Below, one piece after another: positions 32,316 to 42,982 of a stretch of 64,000 nucleotides of DNA. The stretch comes from Phormidesmis sp. (GTDB taxonomy: Bacteria; Cyanobacteriota; Cyanobacteriia; Leptolyngbyales; Leptolyngbyaceae): NCBI GenBank assembly GCA_965248535.1, contig CBDFJR010000002.1, positions 352,001-416,000 on the forward strand. Direction: 5' to 3'. Each line of letters starts with the position of its first letter. Positions within the stretch are counted from its first letter, which is position 1. The position numbers were made by a program, and so were the translations under genes. The notes beneath the pieces were generated by a model. That model was not told where the DNA came from. It was given only the letters and a program-made list of their open reading frames with translations, and did no database searches.

Positions 32316-32358
32316 TTACTCCTCCTCAAATTAAATTTAATTGAAAATTAAGCAGACC

Positions 32359-33069
32359 CTATTGACCACTCAACGCCAAAAATGCGATCTGGGCGGCGGC
32401 TTGTTCGGCAGCTTTGCGCGATCGCCCGGTGCCCTGTGCCCAGCACTGCCCCTGAATCCACACTTCAGCCGTGAAGCGATCGGGGTCATTGTGAGTTTGT
32501 CCATTCTCTTGAGTTCGATAGTCCGGCAGAGTTTTTTGATGAGCCTGAGTCCAGTTTTGCAGCGCGGCCTTATAGTTTTGTCGAGCCGGGTCTGCCAAGA
32601 TTTCGGTCGCAAGCGGCTGAAAGTGGCGATCGAGCCAGGGTCGAATGAGTTCTAGGGTATGAGTGCTCAGGTAGAGCGCCGCTAAAACCGCCTCTAAAGA
32701 GTCGGCCATGCGAGACTCTTGTCCCGCTACATCTGACATAGCGCTAGCAGAGACCAGCAGATAGCGATCGAACCCATACTCATTGGCGATGGTTGCCAGA
32801 ATGCGATCGCTGACCAACACTGACCTCAACGCAGTGAACTCACCCACCTTTAAATGGGGATAGACTTCTAGCAAAAACTCAGCCGCACCGAGTTTGACAA
32901 CCGCATCGCCTACAAATTCGAGTTGCTCATAGTTTTCTTCTGCCGAAATGGTGGAGTGCGTGAGCGCTAAATCCAGCAACTCCCACTTAATCGGGGCCGT
33001 TTCAAGCAAGCCCAATCTCTGAACCAATTGTCGTAGCTGCTGCTGACGACGGGGATACTGTAAATTCAT
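32359..33069 (-). CDS. rnc: Ribonuclease III
   Basis: ALTHS, YEQLEFVGDAV, ADSLEA, C-terminal dsRBD (G.GRSRKAAEQAAA). Confidence 0.95.
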   Translation of the reverse strand: MNLQYPRRQQQLRQLVQRLGLLETAPIKWELLDLALTHSTISAEENYEQLEFVGDAVVKLGAAEFLLEVYPHLKVGEFTALRSVLVSDRILATIANEYGFDRYLLVSASAMSDVAGQESRMADSLEAVLAALYLSTHTLELIRPWLDRHFQPLATEILADPARQNYKAALQNWTQAHQKTLPDYRTQENGQTHNDPDRFTAEVWIQGQCWAQGTGRSRKAAEQAAAQIAFLALSGQ

Positions 33070-33134
33070 CCTAAAGAATCGCAGAAGTGAAAGCCATCTT
33101 CTCCACCCTACCCTCTTTTTTGTCGGCCCTGCTC

Positions 33135-33752
33135 TTAAGCAGAGCGCAACACGGCATAAGTGCGTTGAATTTCACCGATGGTGGCAGTGGTTAAAAGAGG
33201 AACCTCAGTGGCTTTTTGCAGCGCCCTATTCAGCGTAATGGTTGTTACTTTTAGCTGGTCAGAATTGGGCAGAAACGCGGTGTAGCCTGATTTTTCTGGA
33301 TGCCAGTGCTGCGCTCTCACAGCATCGATCGTGCCTGGAAACACCCCCACCAACATGGCTAGCACGTCACTCGGCAGGCTAATCACAACCTGGCGACCAA
33401 AAAATTCTTCAAAGCCAGCCAAGAGTCGCTCTGCCCGCAGAGTCGGATCGGGGTTGTCAACAATTTTCTGCAACCATCTCCCCCATTGAATGCGTCGCCC
33501 ATAGGCTCGGCGGCGATCGTCAAGGGACTTAATTGAAATTAGCTGCGGTGACCCGATCGCAATCACGGCTCGATAGTGAGGCTCAACTAAGCTGCCAACC
33601 ACCGCGCCGGGGCCAGCAAACTCTGCGTGAAACTCCTTGCAGAGAATGAGTCCGCTCTTTTTTTGTTCGCTGATAGCTAGCAGGTGTTCAACGGGAAAGG
33701 GGCCCCCTGAACGGTTAGATGAAGCGATAAGAGTAGAAGATTGGCTATCCAC
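33135..33752 (-). CDS. Hypothetical protein (possibly a degenerate Crp-like fold)
   Basis: HAEFAGPGAVVG; C-terminal LAMLVGVFPGTI HTH-like segment; GTG start. Confidence 0.65.
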   Translation of the reverse strand: MDSQSSTLIASSNRSGGPFPVEHLLAISEQKKSGLILCKEFHAEFAGPGAVVGSLVEPHYRAVIAIGSPQLISIKSLDDRRRAYGRRIQWGRWLQKIVDNPDPTLRAERLLAGFEEFFGRQVVISLPSDVLAMLVGVFPGTIDAVRAQHWHPEKSGYTAFLPNSDQLKVTTITLNRALQKATEVPLLTTATIGEIQRTYAVLRSA

Positions 33753-34027
33753 GAACTGATATTAATGTTTGTTGGTAAAGCGAACGTCTTTAATTAGGAA
33801 GATGCTTGGGTCACCTCATCGTAGTGCAGGGCAAAAGCATGACGTTGCTTTGGTTAGAAGACTTTGCGGAATCTACACATTTCCTGAGCCAATCTTGAAG
33901 AATTTCAGGAAATCAGGTCTTCTGTCTGGGGGCGCAGATTTTTGCGGCATGAACCACGCTCAAAAACCTTCGACGCTGCCCGACTAGCCCGATCCGTTAA
34001 ATAACTAGATCAATCAATTAATTAATA

Positions 34028-34446
34028 GAGAAGAGCCAGACATAAGCCGGGTTCTGTTCTTTGAGCGCACTCAAAGGGCAGTTATCTATCTGGGACATCT
34101 GTTACCAAATGCCTCAAGCGGCTCTCTATAGCGGTAGCCATCCACCGCCATCACGCAGAACGGGAAAAAGACCAACCGTTGTTCTTTGACCTTGCTCCCA
34201 ACCGGGGTTTACCGAGCCAGCACCTCTCGATGCTGCTGGTGCGCTCTTACCGCACCTTTGCACCCTTACCAAGCGTGGTTTGAATGAGTCATTCGACCTG
34301 CGCCAGGCGGTATTTTTCTGTGGCACTATCCTCACGATCGCTCGCACTGGGCGTTATCCAGCAAGTTTGGTCTTTGGGGAGTCCGGACTTTCCTCAGGCT
34401 GATAGGCTAGGCCCACAGCCCGCAACTACCTGCGCTGACTCTTCTC
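34028..34446 (-). ncRNA. rnpB: RNase P RNA (type A)
   Basis: Minus strand GAGGAAAGTCCGGACTCC, AGTGCCACAGAAAAATACCGCC, GGTAAACCCCGGTTGGGAGCAAG, ACAGAACCCGGCTTA; the termini pair. Confidence 0.97.
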
Positions 34447-34489
34447 CTCTCATAGTTTATACGCAGATGTTGAGGGTTGATGAGACAGG

Positions 34490-35173
34490 TTATTTGCGAG
34501 GGTTCCAAGGCAGTCCAGCGCTCCAGTCTAGTTTGGTGATGACTAGAGTGCAGATGATGCGAGTGCGATCGCCTGTCAGAGACGTGTTAGAACCCGCGAT
34601 TCGCATGGCTAAATAGAGCGAAAACTTTAGCTCTTCTTTGCTAGCCATGAAGTTTTTGTAGCGTTTTTTGGTCGCGTCGGGCGCTTTTTTATTAGGCTCG
34701 GTCAGATCGACGATCGTCTTATCTGTGTCTAGAACCCCACTGTCTCCTTTGCGAACCAGCGTATCTTCAGAGGCGATCTTCTCTTTTAGGGTTTTGCCAG
34801 GAGCAATCACGCTGAAGACTTGACTTTGAAATAGATCAAGAGTGCTGCCGGGAGGAAGTCGCGTGACGCGCCGCGATCGCCCGTCAAGGTCAGTGATTGA
34901 GCAATAATCCCAATCGATGTAAATAGGATGGTCTTCAGATTTGTTGTTGATGCTAATTGCTAGGTCTTTGAGAGATTTAAACTCATAGTGCGTGTCAAAC
35001 TTAAAGCTAACGCCAACAGTGTCTTGCAAGTGAAGGGCTTGAAGCTGTTGGTCTAAGTCGTCTTTATCTAACTGAATTGAAAACTCGTCGTTAAAAGAGT
35101 TGACGATCTGGTAGATCACAAACGTGACGCACAGAAGATAGATGGTTAATAGAACATAATCGATTTCAGTCAT
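34490..35173 (-). CDS. Hypothetical protein with N-terminal TM
   Basis: 227-aa ORF; IYIDWDYCSITD..GRSRRV.R. Confidence 0.7.
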   Translation of the reverse strand: MTEIDYVLLTIYLLCVTFVIYQIVNSFNDEFSIQLDKDDLDQQLQALHLQDTVGVSFKFDTHYEFKSLKDLAISINNKSEDHPIYIDWDYCSITDLDGRSRRVTRLPPGSTLDLFQSQVFSVIAPGKTLKEKIASEDTLVRKGDSGVLDTDKTIVDLTEPNKKAPDATKKRYKNFMASKEELKFSLYLAMRIAGSNTSLTGDRTRIICTLVITKLDWSAGLPWNPRK

Positions 35174-35333
35174 CGTTGACCCTGCTAAACAAAAGACCTC
35201 AGACTGAGGGATTGTAGACCTTATACCATTTCAGACTCTAGATCAAACAAAAGCTCAACAAAGAATACAGTTTCTCGGTTGAGCTTAACAGCACCAAATA
35301 GGATTTTGAAGTCATGCAGCCAGCGACCAGTCT

Positions 35334-35486
35334 CTACCAGTCTTCAGACTGCTTTTTGTTAGAAGTCTCACCTTCGTAGGGCTGAACCCCGGTTTCTGGA
35401 TAGGAATCGTCGTTTAGCCCAAAGATGCGCGTCAAGGCCCCAGAGACATAGCCGATTACATCTTTGATCACTCTAAGAAGGCTCAT
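35334..35486 (-). CDS. Small conserved cyanobacterial protein
   Basis: MSLLRVIKDVIGYVSGALTRIFGLNDDSYPETGVQPYEGE...; GAGGTG RBS. Confidence 0.7.
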   Translation of the reverse strand: MSLLRVIKDVIGYVSGALTRIFGLNDDSYPETGVQPYEGETSNKKQSEDW

Positions 35487-35691
35487 AGAATTCACCTCTA
35501 AGCTAAGTAGATTGGCTGAAGGAGCACCCGGCAATGTAGCGAGTTTGTAGCGAGTTTCTAGTGCTCTTCAGTTGATAGTAAGATTATGCACAATCTAATC
35601 AAGGGGCGATCGTAAAAGACTCAATTGTTTAGATATCTAGCGCCTTCTCAAATCGGTAAGATTAAGCTTTTCAAGAAGGATGCACGAGTCT

Positions 35692-36300
35692 TTAGTCTCG
35701 TCGCAACTCGTCGGGGATGCCGATCGCCGAAATGCCCGCGATCGCTCTTAAACTCTGACATCTCAACAATTCAATAAAACTGAGGGAACGCTTCTCAAAT
35801 TGGGCCACAGACTCGATCGCAGACAGCAAATAACCCGCTGCATCTGCTTCGCTATAGCCCCGTCGTTGAGCCACCTGAAGAGCTTTTTCATCGGCATCCA
35901 GTTCAATGCTTGTGCTGTGGTTGCTGCGCCAGATTTGAGTGGCGGCGATCGCGCTCAAAGCACTAGCGGCGGCAACGCCCACAAAATCCTGCTGCATGAG
36001 TTCCACCCCAGTGCCTAACAGCCCGGCAGCCACCAGTCCAAAATTAAGATTGGGCTGAAACCATTTAACTGCGCCTAACCAGTGAACCGTCCGCAAGATC
36101 AGCAAATCTCGCTGCGATCGCGATAGCCGACTCCAGAAATCGAAGTTGATGTAGATGGGACGATCGCGCACCCACGGCATTGGAAATGGGGCATCAATCA
36201 CCCGCCGTTGCTCTGGCTTGCTCACAAGTTTGGTCGTCATTCGCCCCGAAGCTGGCATCACATCCAGCAGGCGACGAATTTCTGGCTCTGGGTTGATCAT
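35692..36300 (-). CDS. DUF3318 family protein
   Basis: EPEIRRLLDVMPASGRM, QRDLLILR, ELDADE.A..VA.RRGY. Confidence 0.8.
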   Translation of the reverse strand: MINPEPEIRRLLDVMPASGRMTTKLVSKPEQRRVIDAPFPMPWVRDRPIYINFDFWSRLSRSQRDLLILRTVHWLGAVKWFQPNLNFGLVAAGLLGTGVELMQQDFVGVAAASALSAIAATQIWRSNHSTSIELDADEKALQVAQRRGYSEADAAGYLLSAIESVAQFEKRSLSFIELLRCQSLRAIAGISAIGIPDELRRD

Positions 36301-36400
36301 TGTCTGATTTTAAGGCAACCGGGAAACGATCGAGGGTAATGGGCTTAACCTTTGGCAAAAACTTGCTGAGAAAACTTAATTGCCCCCGATCGCTTCAGCC

Positions 36401-36529
36401 TCACTGACCCAAAACCAGCAGATCAGGCGAAACCCGGTTGATCAAAATAAACGCAGTCAGCAACAGACTGCTAGAGACCACCGCTAACACAGCAGCATTA
36501 GACAAAAACTTTAACAATGCAGAGGGCAT
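36401..36529 (-). CDS. Divergent PsaJ-like small membrane protein
   Basis: MPSALLKFLSNAAVLAVVSSSLLLTAFILINRVSPDLLVLGQ; AGGAG RBS; aligns with PsaJ (LK.LS.A.VL...I..NR..PDLL). Confidence 0.7.
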   Translation of the reverse strand: MPSALLKFLSNAAVLAVVSSSLLLTAFILINRVSPDLLVLGQ

Positions 36530-36676
36530 AGCAAAATCTCCTAGAGAATTAACTTACCCATCTTGAGAGTTATTAATTAGCTGAACATCCTGATTAAGCA
36601 TGACCTTAAGTTACGTCTCAAGATATAGGAACTTCCCAGATTGGATCGGGTGATGAGGGCCCGATCAAGTCAGATC

Positions 36677-36713
36677 AAAAAAAGCCCGCAACCTTGATCA
36701 AGACTGCGAGCCT
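36677..36713 (-). terminator. Terminator after psaFJ
   Basis: Minus strand gctcgcag...ttgcgggc followed by T7. Confidence 0.6.
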
Positions 36714-36759
36714 AACGCTTTTATAGAATTAATCTCTAAGTTGAGAGATTTTAGAAACC

Positions 36760-36885
36760 TTACAATGGGTGAAAGAGTAAGTCAGGAAAAAAGCGATTGA
36801 ACTCGATCAAAATGCCAGCCGTGATGGTCATCCAAACTGCCATCAAAACAGGCGCGGTCGAGAGATATTTAAGGAAATACTGCAT
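36760..36885 (-). CDS. psaJ: Photosystem I subunit IX
   Basis: [41 protein letters not shown], downstream of psaF; not in the ORF track. Confidence 0.96.
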   Translation of the reverse strand: MQYFLKYLSTAPVLMAVWMTITAGILIEFNRFFPDLLFHPL

Positions 36886-36978
36886 CGATTAGCCTCCAAA
36901 GACAAAAAGTGAAAATCAGCAGGGGTTAACTGCTGAAGTGCCGATCTAGATCTAAAAGAAAAGTCCTCTAGAAATGAG

Positions 36979-37467
36979 TTAGCGAGGTGACACGGTGATT
37001 TTGTCGTCGCTCTCAGTGAGTTCGCCAGAGAGAAGCTCTTTCACAGCCAACAGGGGCCAAAAAGCGCCACCAATCATGCACTTGATCGCCAAAGGCACAT
37101 CAATGATGATTTCCTTCTCTTCGGGGTTGCTGTCCTTCTTAATCGCTTGCAGATAGGTGCGACCCGCCCAGCCGATCCAACCTGTGATCAGAAGAAACAG
37201 AATACTAGGGATGAGAAATTCTCCAGCGTGGCTGAGACTGCCATCTACGATTAGATGAGGCAGCCCATCATCTTGACCGCAAAGCAGCCCAGATTTTGCA
37301 TAGAAGTCAAACCGTTGAGGTGCGGTTGCACTGACGGAATCCTTCGCACGTTGGGCAAATGCAGCCGACTCGCTGCAAGGAACTAAGTTATAAGCGTGGG
37401 CTGGCTCAGGAGCGACGAAGCCAAACCACAAAGACACGACGAGAACTAGAGCAAACAACCGTTGCAT
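36979..37467 (-). CDS. psaF: Photosystem I subunit III
   Basis: [46 protein letters not shown]. Confidence 0.97.
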   Translation of the reverse strand: MQRLFALVLVVSLWFGFVAPEPAHAYNLVPCSESAAFAQRAKDSVSATAPQRFDFYAKSGLLCGQDDGLPHLIVDGSLSHAGEFLIPSILFLLITGWIGWAGRTYLQAIKKDSNPEEKEIIIDVPLAIKCMIGGAFWPLLAVKELLSGELTESDDKITVSPR

Positions 37468-37631
37468 GGAATTGTTTCCCTTTATTAAGAAGAGTGAACG
37501 ATGCAAAAAGATGAGACTTTTTGTAGGACTGAATTCTCTAAACTGGGCGGGGTTCTAAAGGTGATTAGACCTGCTCAGACAGAGTTTAAGCTACTGTTAA
37601 ATAGCCCATTCCTTCAAAAAACTACCAGCAA

Positions 37632-38699
37632 ATGGCAACGGTTTTAGCAATTGAAACAAGTTGTGACGAAACGGCGGTAGCGATCGTTAAAAATCGTCAC
37701 GTCCTGAGCAGCATTGTCTCGTCTCAGATTGCCATTCATCGTCCATATGGGGGCGTGGTGCCAGAGGTGGCTTCGCGTCAGCACGTCGAAATGGTCAACT
37801 GGGCGATCGCGCACTCCCTCAAGGATGCGAATCTCGATTGGCCAGAGATTGATGCGATCGCCGCCACTTGCGCGCCGGGGTTAGTCGGAGCACTGTTAGT
37901 GGGCTTGACGGCAGCCAAAACGCTGGCACTGGTTCACCAAAAGCCTTTAGTAGGCGTTCATCATCTAGAGGGGCACATCTACGCTTCTTATTTGACTGAT
38001 CCAACGTTAGAACCGCCCTTTCTCTGCTTGCTGGTGTCGGGCGGTCACACGAGTCTGATTTATGTCAAAGCCTGCGGGGTGTATGAGATTTTGGGACAGA
38101 CCCGCGACGATGCAGCAGGAGAAGCCTTTGATAAAGTGGCGCGGTTGCTGAAGTTGGGCTATCCGGGCGGCCCAATTCTCGATCGTCTGGCGGCAGAGGG
38201 CAATCCCAAAGCGTTTCCGCTGCCAGAAGGAAAAGTGTCGCGTCCCGAAGGCGGTTTTCATCCCTATGACTCTAGCTTTAGTGGTCTCAAAACAGCCGTG
38301 CTGAGATTGACCCAAACCCTTGAGCAAGGGGGTCAGCCGATGCCTGTCAACGACATCGCGGCTAGCTTTCAGGCAACAGTCGTCAAGGCGCTCACCAAAC
38401 GAACGATCGCTTGTGCGTTGGATTATGGATTGAGCACGATCGTGGTCGGCGGTGGCGTAGCGGCCAATAGTGGGTTGCGGCAACACCTGCAAGCGGCGGC
38501 AACTCAGCGCAATTTGCGGGTGCTGTTTCCGCCCATGAAATTCTGCACTGACAACGCCGCCATGATTGGCTGTGCGGCCGCAGAGCATTTTGAGCGCGGC
38601 CACCGCTCACCTTTGACGCTAGGGGCGCAGTCACGATTGCCCGTCTCAGAGGTAATGCAGCTTTATCGATCTAATAACAATTCCCACTCTGCGGTCTGA
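37632..38699 (+). CDS. tsaD: tRNA t6A37 threonylcarbamoyltransferase
   Basis: [52 protein letters not shown]. Confidence 0.96.
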   Translation: MATVLAIETSCDETAVAIVKNRHVLSSIVSSQIAIHRPYGGVVPEVASRQHVEMVNWAIAHSLKDANLDWPEIDAIAATCAPGLVGALLVGLTAAKTLALVHQKPLVGVHHLEGHIYASYLTDPTLEPPFLCLLVSGGHTSLIYVKACGVYEILGQTRDDAAGEAFDKVARLLKLGYPGGPILDRLAAEGNPKAFPLPEGKVSRPEGGFHPYDSSFSGLKTAVLRLTQTLEQGGQPMPVNDIAASFQATVVKALTKRTIACALDYGLSTIVVGGGVAANSGLRQHLQAAATQRNLRVLFPPMKFCTDNAAMIGCAAAEHFERGHRSPLTLGAQSRLPVSEVMQLYRSNNNSHSAV

Positions 38700-39253
38700 C
38701 TATTCCAACTCGGTTGGGCCGTTTCTCCGACCACATAGGGGCCCCAATAGCGCTGTGACCCATCTTGAGCAAAGGCAACGACAATATCGCCTTTTTTAAG
38801 GGTAACGCTACGATCGGGCAAGGATACTAACAGCCCTTTTTCGCTGCCTTCGCTGGGTGAAAAATCCCAATGCACAGGAGCACCAAACCCAGCCGGAGTC
38901 GTCTCGCCAGATTTCGCTTGGGTGGTTTTGGGCTGGTGAGAAAGCAGCGCCACTCGTAGGGGATGACTGGATCGGTTGCTAACGCGCAAGGTGCCTTGGC
39001 GGGCGGCTGCCATCGCCGGATCGGGCTTGTTAGGGGAAGGAGCTAGGTTAGCAGGTTGCCCCGGTGTCTCGGAGGGGTTTTGCTCTCCTGCCTGCAAAGG
39101 GTCGGTTTTGATAATGGGAATCGAGTCAGGGGCAGTGACTCCGACTTCGATTTGAAATCGTTTTGACACCAGCCAGCCACCGACTATCAAAACAGCCACC
39201 GCTAACGCAATTTTAACCGCAGGGTTCCCTTTTGCCTTCATCTCGTTCATCAA
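38663..39253 (-). CDS. Hypothetical protein with N-terminal TM
   Basis: LRVSN...[35 protein letters not shown]. Confidence 0.7.
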   Translation of the reverse strand: MMNEMKAKGNPAVKIALAVAVLIVGGWLVSKRFQIEVGVTAPDSIPIIKTDPLQAGEQNPSETPGQPANLAPSPNKPDPAMAAARQGTLRVSNRSSHPLRVALLSHQPKTTQAKSGETTPAGFGAPVHWDFSPSEGSEKGLLVSLPDRSVTLKKGDIVVAFAQDGSQRYWGPYVVGETAQPSWNSQTAEWELLLDR

Positions 39254-39284
39254 CCCCGCATCCTCATTCTTCTATTCTAGCTAA

Positions 39285-40747
39285 CTCGGCGGGAGACCCC
39301 ACACCAAACGAAGCGTTATGGTGTGGGATGAAAGCCAGGGCGTTGACGAGTTGTGTCCTTGACTATTGCTTAACGATGTTGCGCCAAGGCTTGGACACGA
39401 GTGTTTCGCCCCACTTCGTGAGGAGGAAACGCCACTGTCTCAGGCGCTCTAGCAAAATTGTTAATTGGGTTAGAATCGCGGAATGTTGAGCCTGACTTAC
39501 ACTTACCGAATCTATCCAGACCTCATCCAGGAAGCTGAAATGCTGTTCTGGTTGGAGCAATGTCGCAAGGTCTACAACTTTGCCTTGCGAGAGCGCAAAG
39601 ACTGGATGAATTCGCGCCAGTGCGCCGTCAACGCTTGCAGCCTCAGAGCGGAATTTATCATTCCAGCCAACGCACCCTATCCCGACTACTACAAACAAAA
39701 GAAAGCCCTGACTCAAGCCAAGAAAGAACGTCCAGACCTTCAGAAAGTCGATGCCCAAGTGTTGCAAGACATCCTGAAACGACTAGACAAGTCTTTCAAG
39801 TTCATGAAAGCGCGAGAATTTGGTTTCCCGCGCTTCAAAAAGTTTGGTCAGATTCGCTCGTTTGTGTTTCCGCAGTTCAAGGCAAGCCCACTCCGAGGGA
39901 CTCAGATTAAGCTGCCGAAGGTGGGATTGGTGCCCATCAACTTGCATCGTCCCCTTCCCGATGGGTTCGACCTCAAGCAAGTGCGCGTGGTGAAGAAAGC
40001 ATCGGGATGGTACGCCCAACTGATTCTGCAATGTGAGGTTCAAGTGCCCGATATTTTGCCCCATGGTGAACCCATCGGCATTGATTTAGGTTTGGAAAAG
40101 TTCTTGGCGGTTTCGACCGGAGCGTTGATTCAACGACCCCGCTTCTTTGTGGACTTGCAAGGCAAGCTGAAATGGCTGCAACGCAAATTGAGAAACAAAA
40201 AACAGGGTTCTGCGAACTACCGGAAAGTACAAGCCAAGATTCGACGATTGCACGAACAGATTCACGACACGCGGAGAGAGTTCCATTTTCAAACGGCTCA
40301 CCAGCTTTGTGATCAGGTTGGCATGATCTTTGCCGAAGACCTCAACCTCAAAATGATGAGTCGAGGGATGTTGGCAAAGCATTGTCTCGATGCTGCATGG
40401 GGTGGCTTCCTCAACATCCTGGAATGGGTGAGTTGGAAGCGCGGGGTGTTCTTCGCCCAGGTAGACCCCAACGGGACGAGTCAAACTTGCCCCAACTGCG
40501 GAGCGCATACCGGGAAGAAAGAACTGAGTGAGCGGGTGCATAAGTGTGGGGAGTGTGGATATGTCACCGACCGAGATGTAGCTGCTGCCCAAGTGGTAGT
40601 GCAGCGTGGACTTGTAGCGGTGGGACACACCGTGATACTGCCTGTGGAGGAAGGTTGCCTGGGAACCCCGATGAAGCAGGAAACCTCAAAGTCGACTTTG
40701 AGAAGCCCACTCCATACCGCCTAGCGGTTGGGGGGGGAGGATGTCAC
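39285..40747 (+). mobile_element. Second IS200/IS605-group element, tnpB only; left boundary approximate
   Basis: Left hairpin cccacaccaaacgaagcgttatggtgtggg; right hairpin ccataccgcctagcggttgg and end ...GAGGATGTCAC. Confidence 0.75.
39483..40724 (+). CDS. tnpB: RNA-guided endonuclease TnpB
   Basis: GIDLG, AEDL, RDVAA catalytic triad; CPNC/CGEC Zn finger. Confidence 0.95.
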   Translation: MLSLTYTYRIYPDLIQEAEMLFWLEQCRKVYNFALRERKDWMNSRQCAVNACSLRAEFIIPANAPYPDYYKQKKALTQAKKERPDLQKVDAQVLQDILKRLDKSFKFMKAREFGFPRFKKFGQIRSFVFPQFKASPLRGTQIKLPKVGLVPINLHRPLPDGFDLKQVRVVKKASGWYAQLILQCEVQVPDILPHGEPIGIDLGLEKFLAVSTGALIQRPRFFVDLQGKLKWLQRKLRNKKQGSANYRKVQAKIRRLHEQIHDTRREFHFQTAHQLCDQVGMIFAEDLNLKMMSRGMLAKHCLDAAWGGFLNILEWVSWKRGVFFAQVDPNGTSQTCPNCGAHTGKKELSERVHKCGECGYVTDRDVAAAQVVVQRGLVAVGHTVILPVEEGCLGTPMKQETSKSTLRSPLHTA

Positions 40748-40782
40748 TGATAGCAATCTCTGGCGCGATCGAGAGATTTTTT

Positions 40783-41944
40783 GGGAGCATGTCAGTTTTG
40801 CAGGTTGATGTTAGAGGGTCAACAAATCATTGAGATAGGCACAACGGTGAGCCAGAACTTGAGGAACATTCTCCTGATTCCACTGTGCTCCTGAAATCTT
40901 AGTGCGTCGGCTAATCTGCTTGACGGTTGATTCCACTGCGCCCGAACCAATGGAACAAATCTGCTCGCTCTGGTAGTACTCATAGTTGACAATGCGATGC
41001 CGATGTTTCCGCAGATAGGTACAGAAGTTTGCTGCCTGTTTCCGGTTGCAGTCTGCAAACAGAGTTAGGGTATCATCGACATTCCCCTTCCACAGCAAGG
41101 CTCTGGCTTGGTCTAAGCGTTGCCTTGCCCCCCCGACCTTCTCAAGATTCTCCATCAGGTGATACCAATCAAGGATTTCTCGTCGCTCAGGGTCAGGAGC
41201 CATCGGTTTGATCAAATTCCAGACCCCATCGTGTCCATCCCCTAAACAGGTTAATGGAGAGTTCAACGGTTGTTGGCGCACCCAATCAATCAACTGCTGA
41301 TTGTCTTGAAAACAAGCACCTGTCGCAAACTCATGCAGTCGAACCGCTTTGTAGTCCTGCCAGCGACATTCTTCTCCGACGGGGGTTCTGATGCGAATCT
41401 TGCCGCCATCCGCACTTAACTCTTCGATGGGTTGCCCACTTTGCGGCAATTCAAAGGTTTGACGATGCACTAAGCGTTGCTGTGTTTTGGCAGGGACGCG
41501 AATTCCGGTGAACAACTCGATATCCTTCTCAGTGTGTTCGTAAGAGACATTTGCACTCACCCGCAAACAGCACATTTCTAGATAAGGACTCAAGCGAGTG
41601 TGGCAAACAACCCCTAACTGCTGGGCTTGCCCACGGGTCAGACTCAGTTCTCCAAGGATACTTTTAACCGTGCGAGAGCGTCCTACGGTTGTTCCTGTGC
41701 TCGTTGTGATAAAAAAACTCCCACTTCTGGCATCACGTATTTCTGCATCTGTTCCCGCACAGCTTGCTCAATCCCTCCCAGCGTTTTTAACTGTTCGGAA
41801 GGCGTATTCTTGTAGAGGATTCTAGCGATGGCTTGAACATGTTCTTGTAAGGCTTGTTCTTCTGCGGGTGTCATGGCGATGTCTAGGTATCAACCCTCTT
41901 ATTTTTGCGCTTTCGCTAGACTTTTGCAAAAGTGACATGCTCCC
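40783..41944 (-). mobile_element. ISKra4-family insertion sequence
   Basis: 20-bp TIRs GGGAGCATGTCA(G/C)TTTTGCA with 1 mismatch, flanked by 8-bp direct repeat GATTTTTT (40775-40782 / 41945-41952). Confidence 0.9.
40811..41874 (-). CDS. ISKra4 transposase (two frames joined by a -1 shift at ~41711-41717)
   Basis: orfA MTPAEEQALQEHV...GVF; orfB DGGKIRIR, CLGDGHDGVW, LDWYHL.ENL, IGSGAVESTVKQI; T7-A slippery run. Confidence 0.88.
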
Positions 41945-41986
41945 GATTTTTTTTGGTAACTTGAGTCTTAACCTGGTTGCTTTTTT

Positions 41987-42319
41987 ATGCAAAACACTCG
42001 CCTCAATGGTCTGGTAGGAACTGTGACGGGACAAATCGGTCAAGTGTTTCAAAATCCGTGGCGGCGATCGTCGCTGTTGCTGATCAGTCTCCTCTTTGGC
42101 TTTTATCTAGGCACCGCGATTTCAACCACGGCAGGGCAGCGGGCCCAGCTAGATATTGTGGCGGCAACTATTTTAGTCGTGTTGACGGAGATTATTAGTC
42201 GGGTTGTTTATAGCGGCAGCGATCGAGTCCGGCGATCGCTGCCCGCAGAGCTGGTGAACGCCCTCAAAATCGGCGTAACCTACAGTCTATTTATTGATGC
42301 TTTTAAATTGGGAAGCTGA
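41987..42319 (+). CDS. DUF565 (Ycf20-like) protein
   Basis: MQNTRL...NPWRR.SLLLISLLFGF...N.LKIG..Y.LF.DAFKLGS. Confidence 0.85.
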   Translation: MQNTRLNGLVGTVTGQIGQVFQNPWRRSSLLLISLLFGFYLGTAISTTAGQRAQLDIVAATILVVLTEIISRVVYSGSDRVRRSLPAELVNALKIGVTYSLFIDAFKLGS

Positions 42320-42337
42320 CGGCGATCGCCCGCCCAC

Positions 42338-42982
42338 TCAGCGCTTTTTAAATTGGTAGGAGTCTGCTTTGGCACCCCAAACCTGTTTGCCATCGGGCCC
42401 ATAGCCCCGATCCCAGGTGTCCATGCCTGACGGATGGAGGGTGATTTGATTGGTGATTTTCACGGCTCCTCGAACCTTTGCCGGGCAGCCATCGATCGGC
42501 GTTCTGCCTGCATAGTCGGGGCCCGATCGTTTGAGAAAAACGCTGCAAACAGGGCTGCCTAGCTCCTTGAATTCAACTACACGGGAGGCTTGTGGCTGAT
42601 TGCACAGCCCAATCAAGGCTTTTGGGTTAACCGGACGGAAGGAGCGCGATCGTACCGTTTGACTATAGACGCTCGGAGAGATTTGCAAAAACCGTTGACG
42701 ATAGGGGCTGTCTAACTTTTCTGAGAGCGCCTGTTCTTGATAGAGATAGATTGTGCTGGCTGCGGGTGGCGCATTTCTAAAGGTGATTGGGCAGGTCGTC
42801 ATTCTGACGTTGGGGGCTTTGGGGTTGGCGGCGGCTTGAGCAGAAGTATCCATCACCCCTGACAGCCGGGTCGCGACTTCATTGACCTGTGGCTCGATCG
42901 CCGCCTGTCTTGGGTCGGCGGCTAAACTTGGCAGGGCAACCGTGAGAATGCAAGTAGTCAATAACCACCTAAAGTTCGTCAT
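42338..42982 (-). CDS. CpcT/CpeT-family (chromophore lyase-like) protein with signal-like N-terminus
   Basis: LYQEQA.....PYRQRF, TWDRGY...GKQVWGA....YQF. Confidence 0.8.
   Translation of the reverse strand: MTNFRWLLTTCILTVALPSLAADPRQAAIEPQVNEVATRLSGVMDTSAQAAANPKAPNVRMTTCPITFRNAPPAASTIYLYQEQALSEKLDSPYRQRFLQISPSVYSQTVRSRSFRPVNPKALIGLCNQPQASRVVEFKELGSPVCSVFLKRSGPDYAGRTPIDGCPAKVRGAVKITNQITLHPSGMDTWDRGYGPDGKQVWGAKADSYQFKKR

Noticed and set aside
34126..34616. ORFs overlapping 34.0-34.45 kb
   Set aside because: The region is rnpB and the end of the upstream gene; the ORFs are incidental.
39363..39480. Possible tnpA remnant upstream of tnpB 2
   Set aside because: I could not recognise HUH or catalytic Tyr motifs in any frame.
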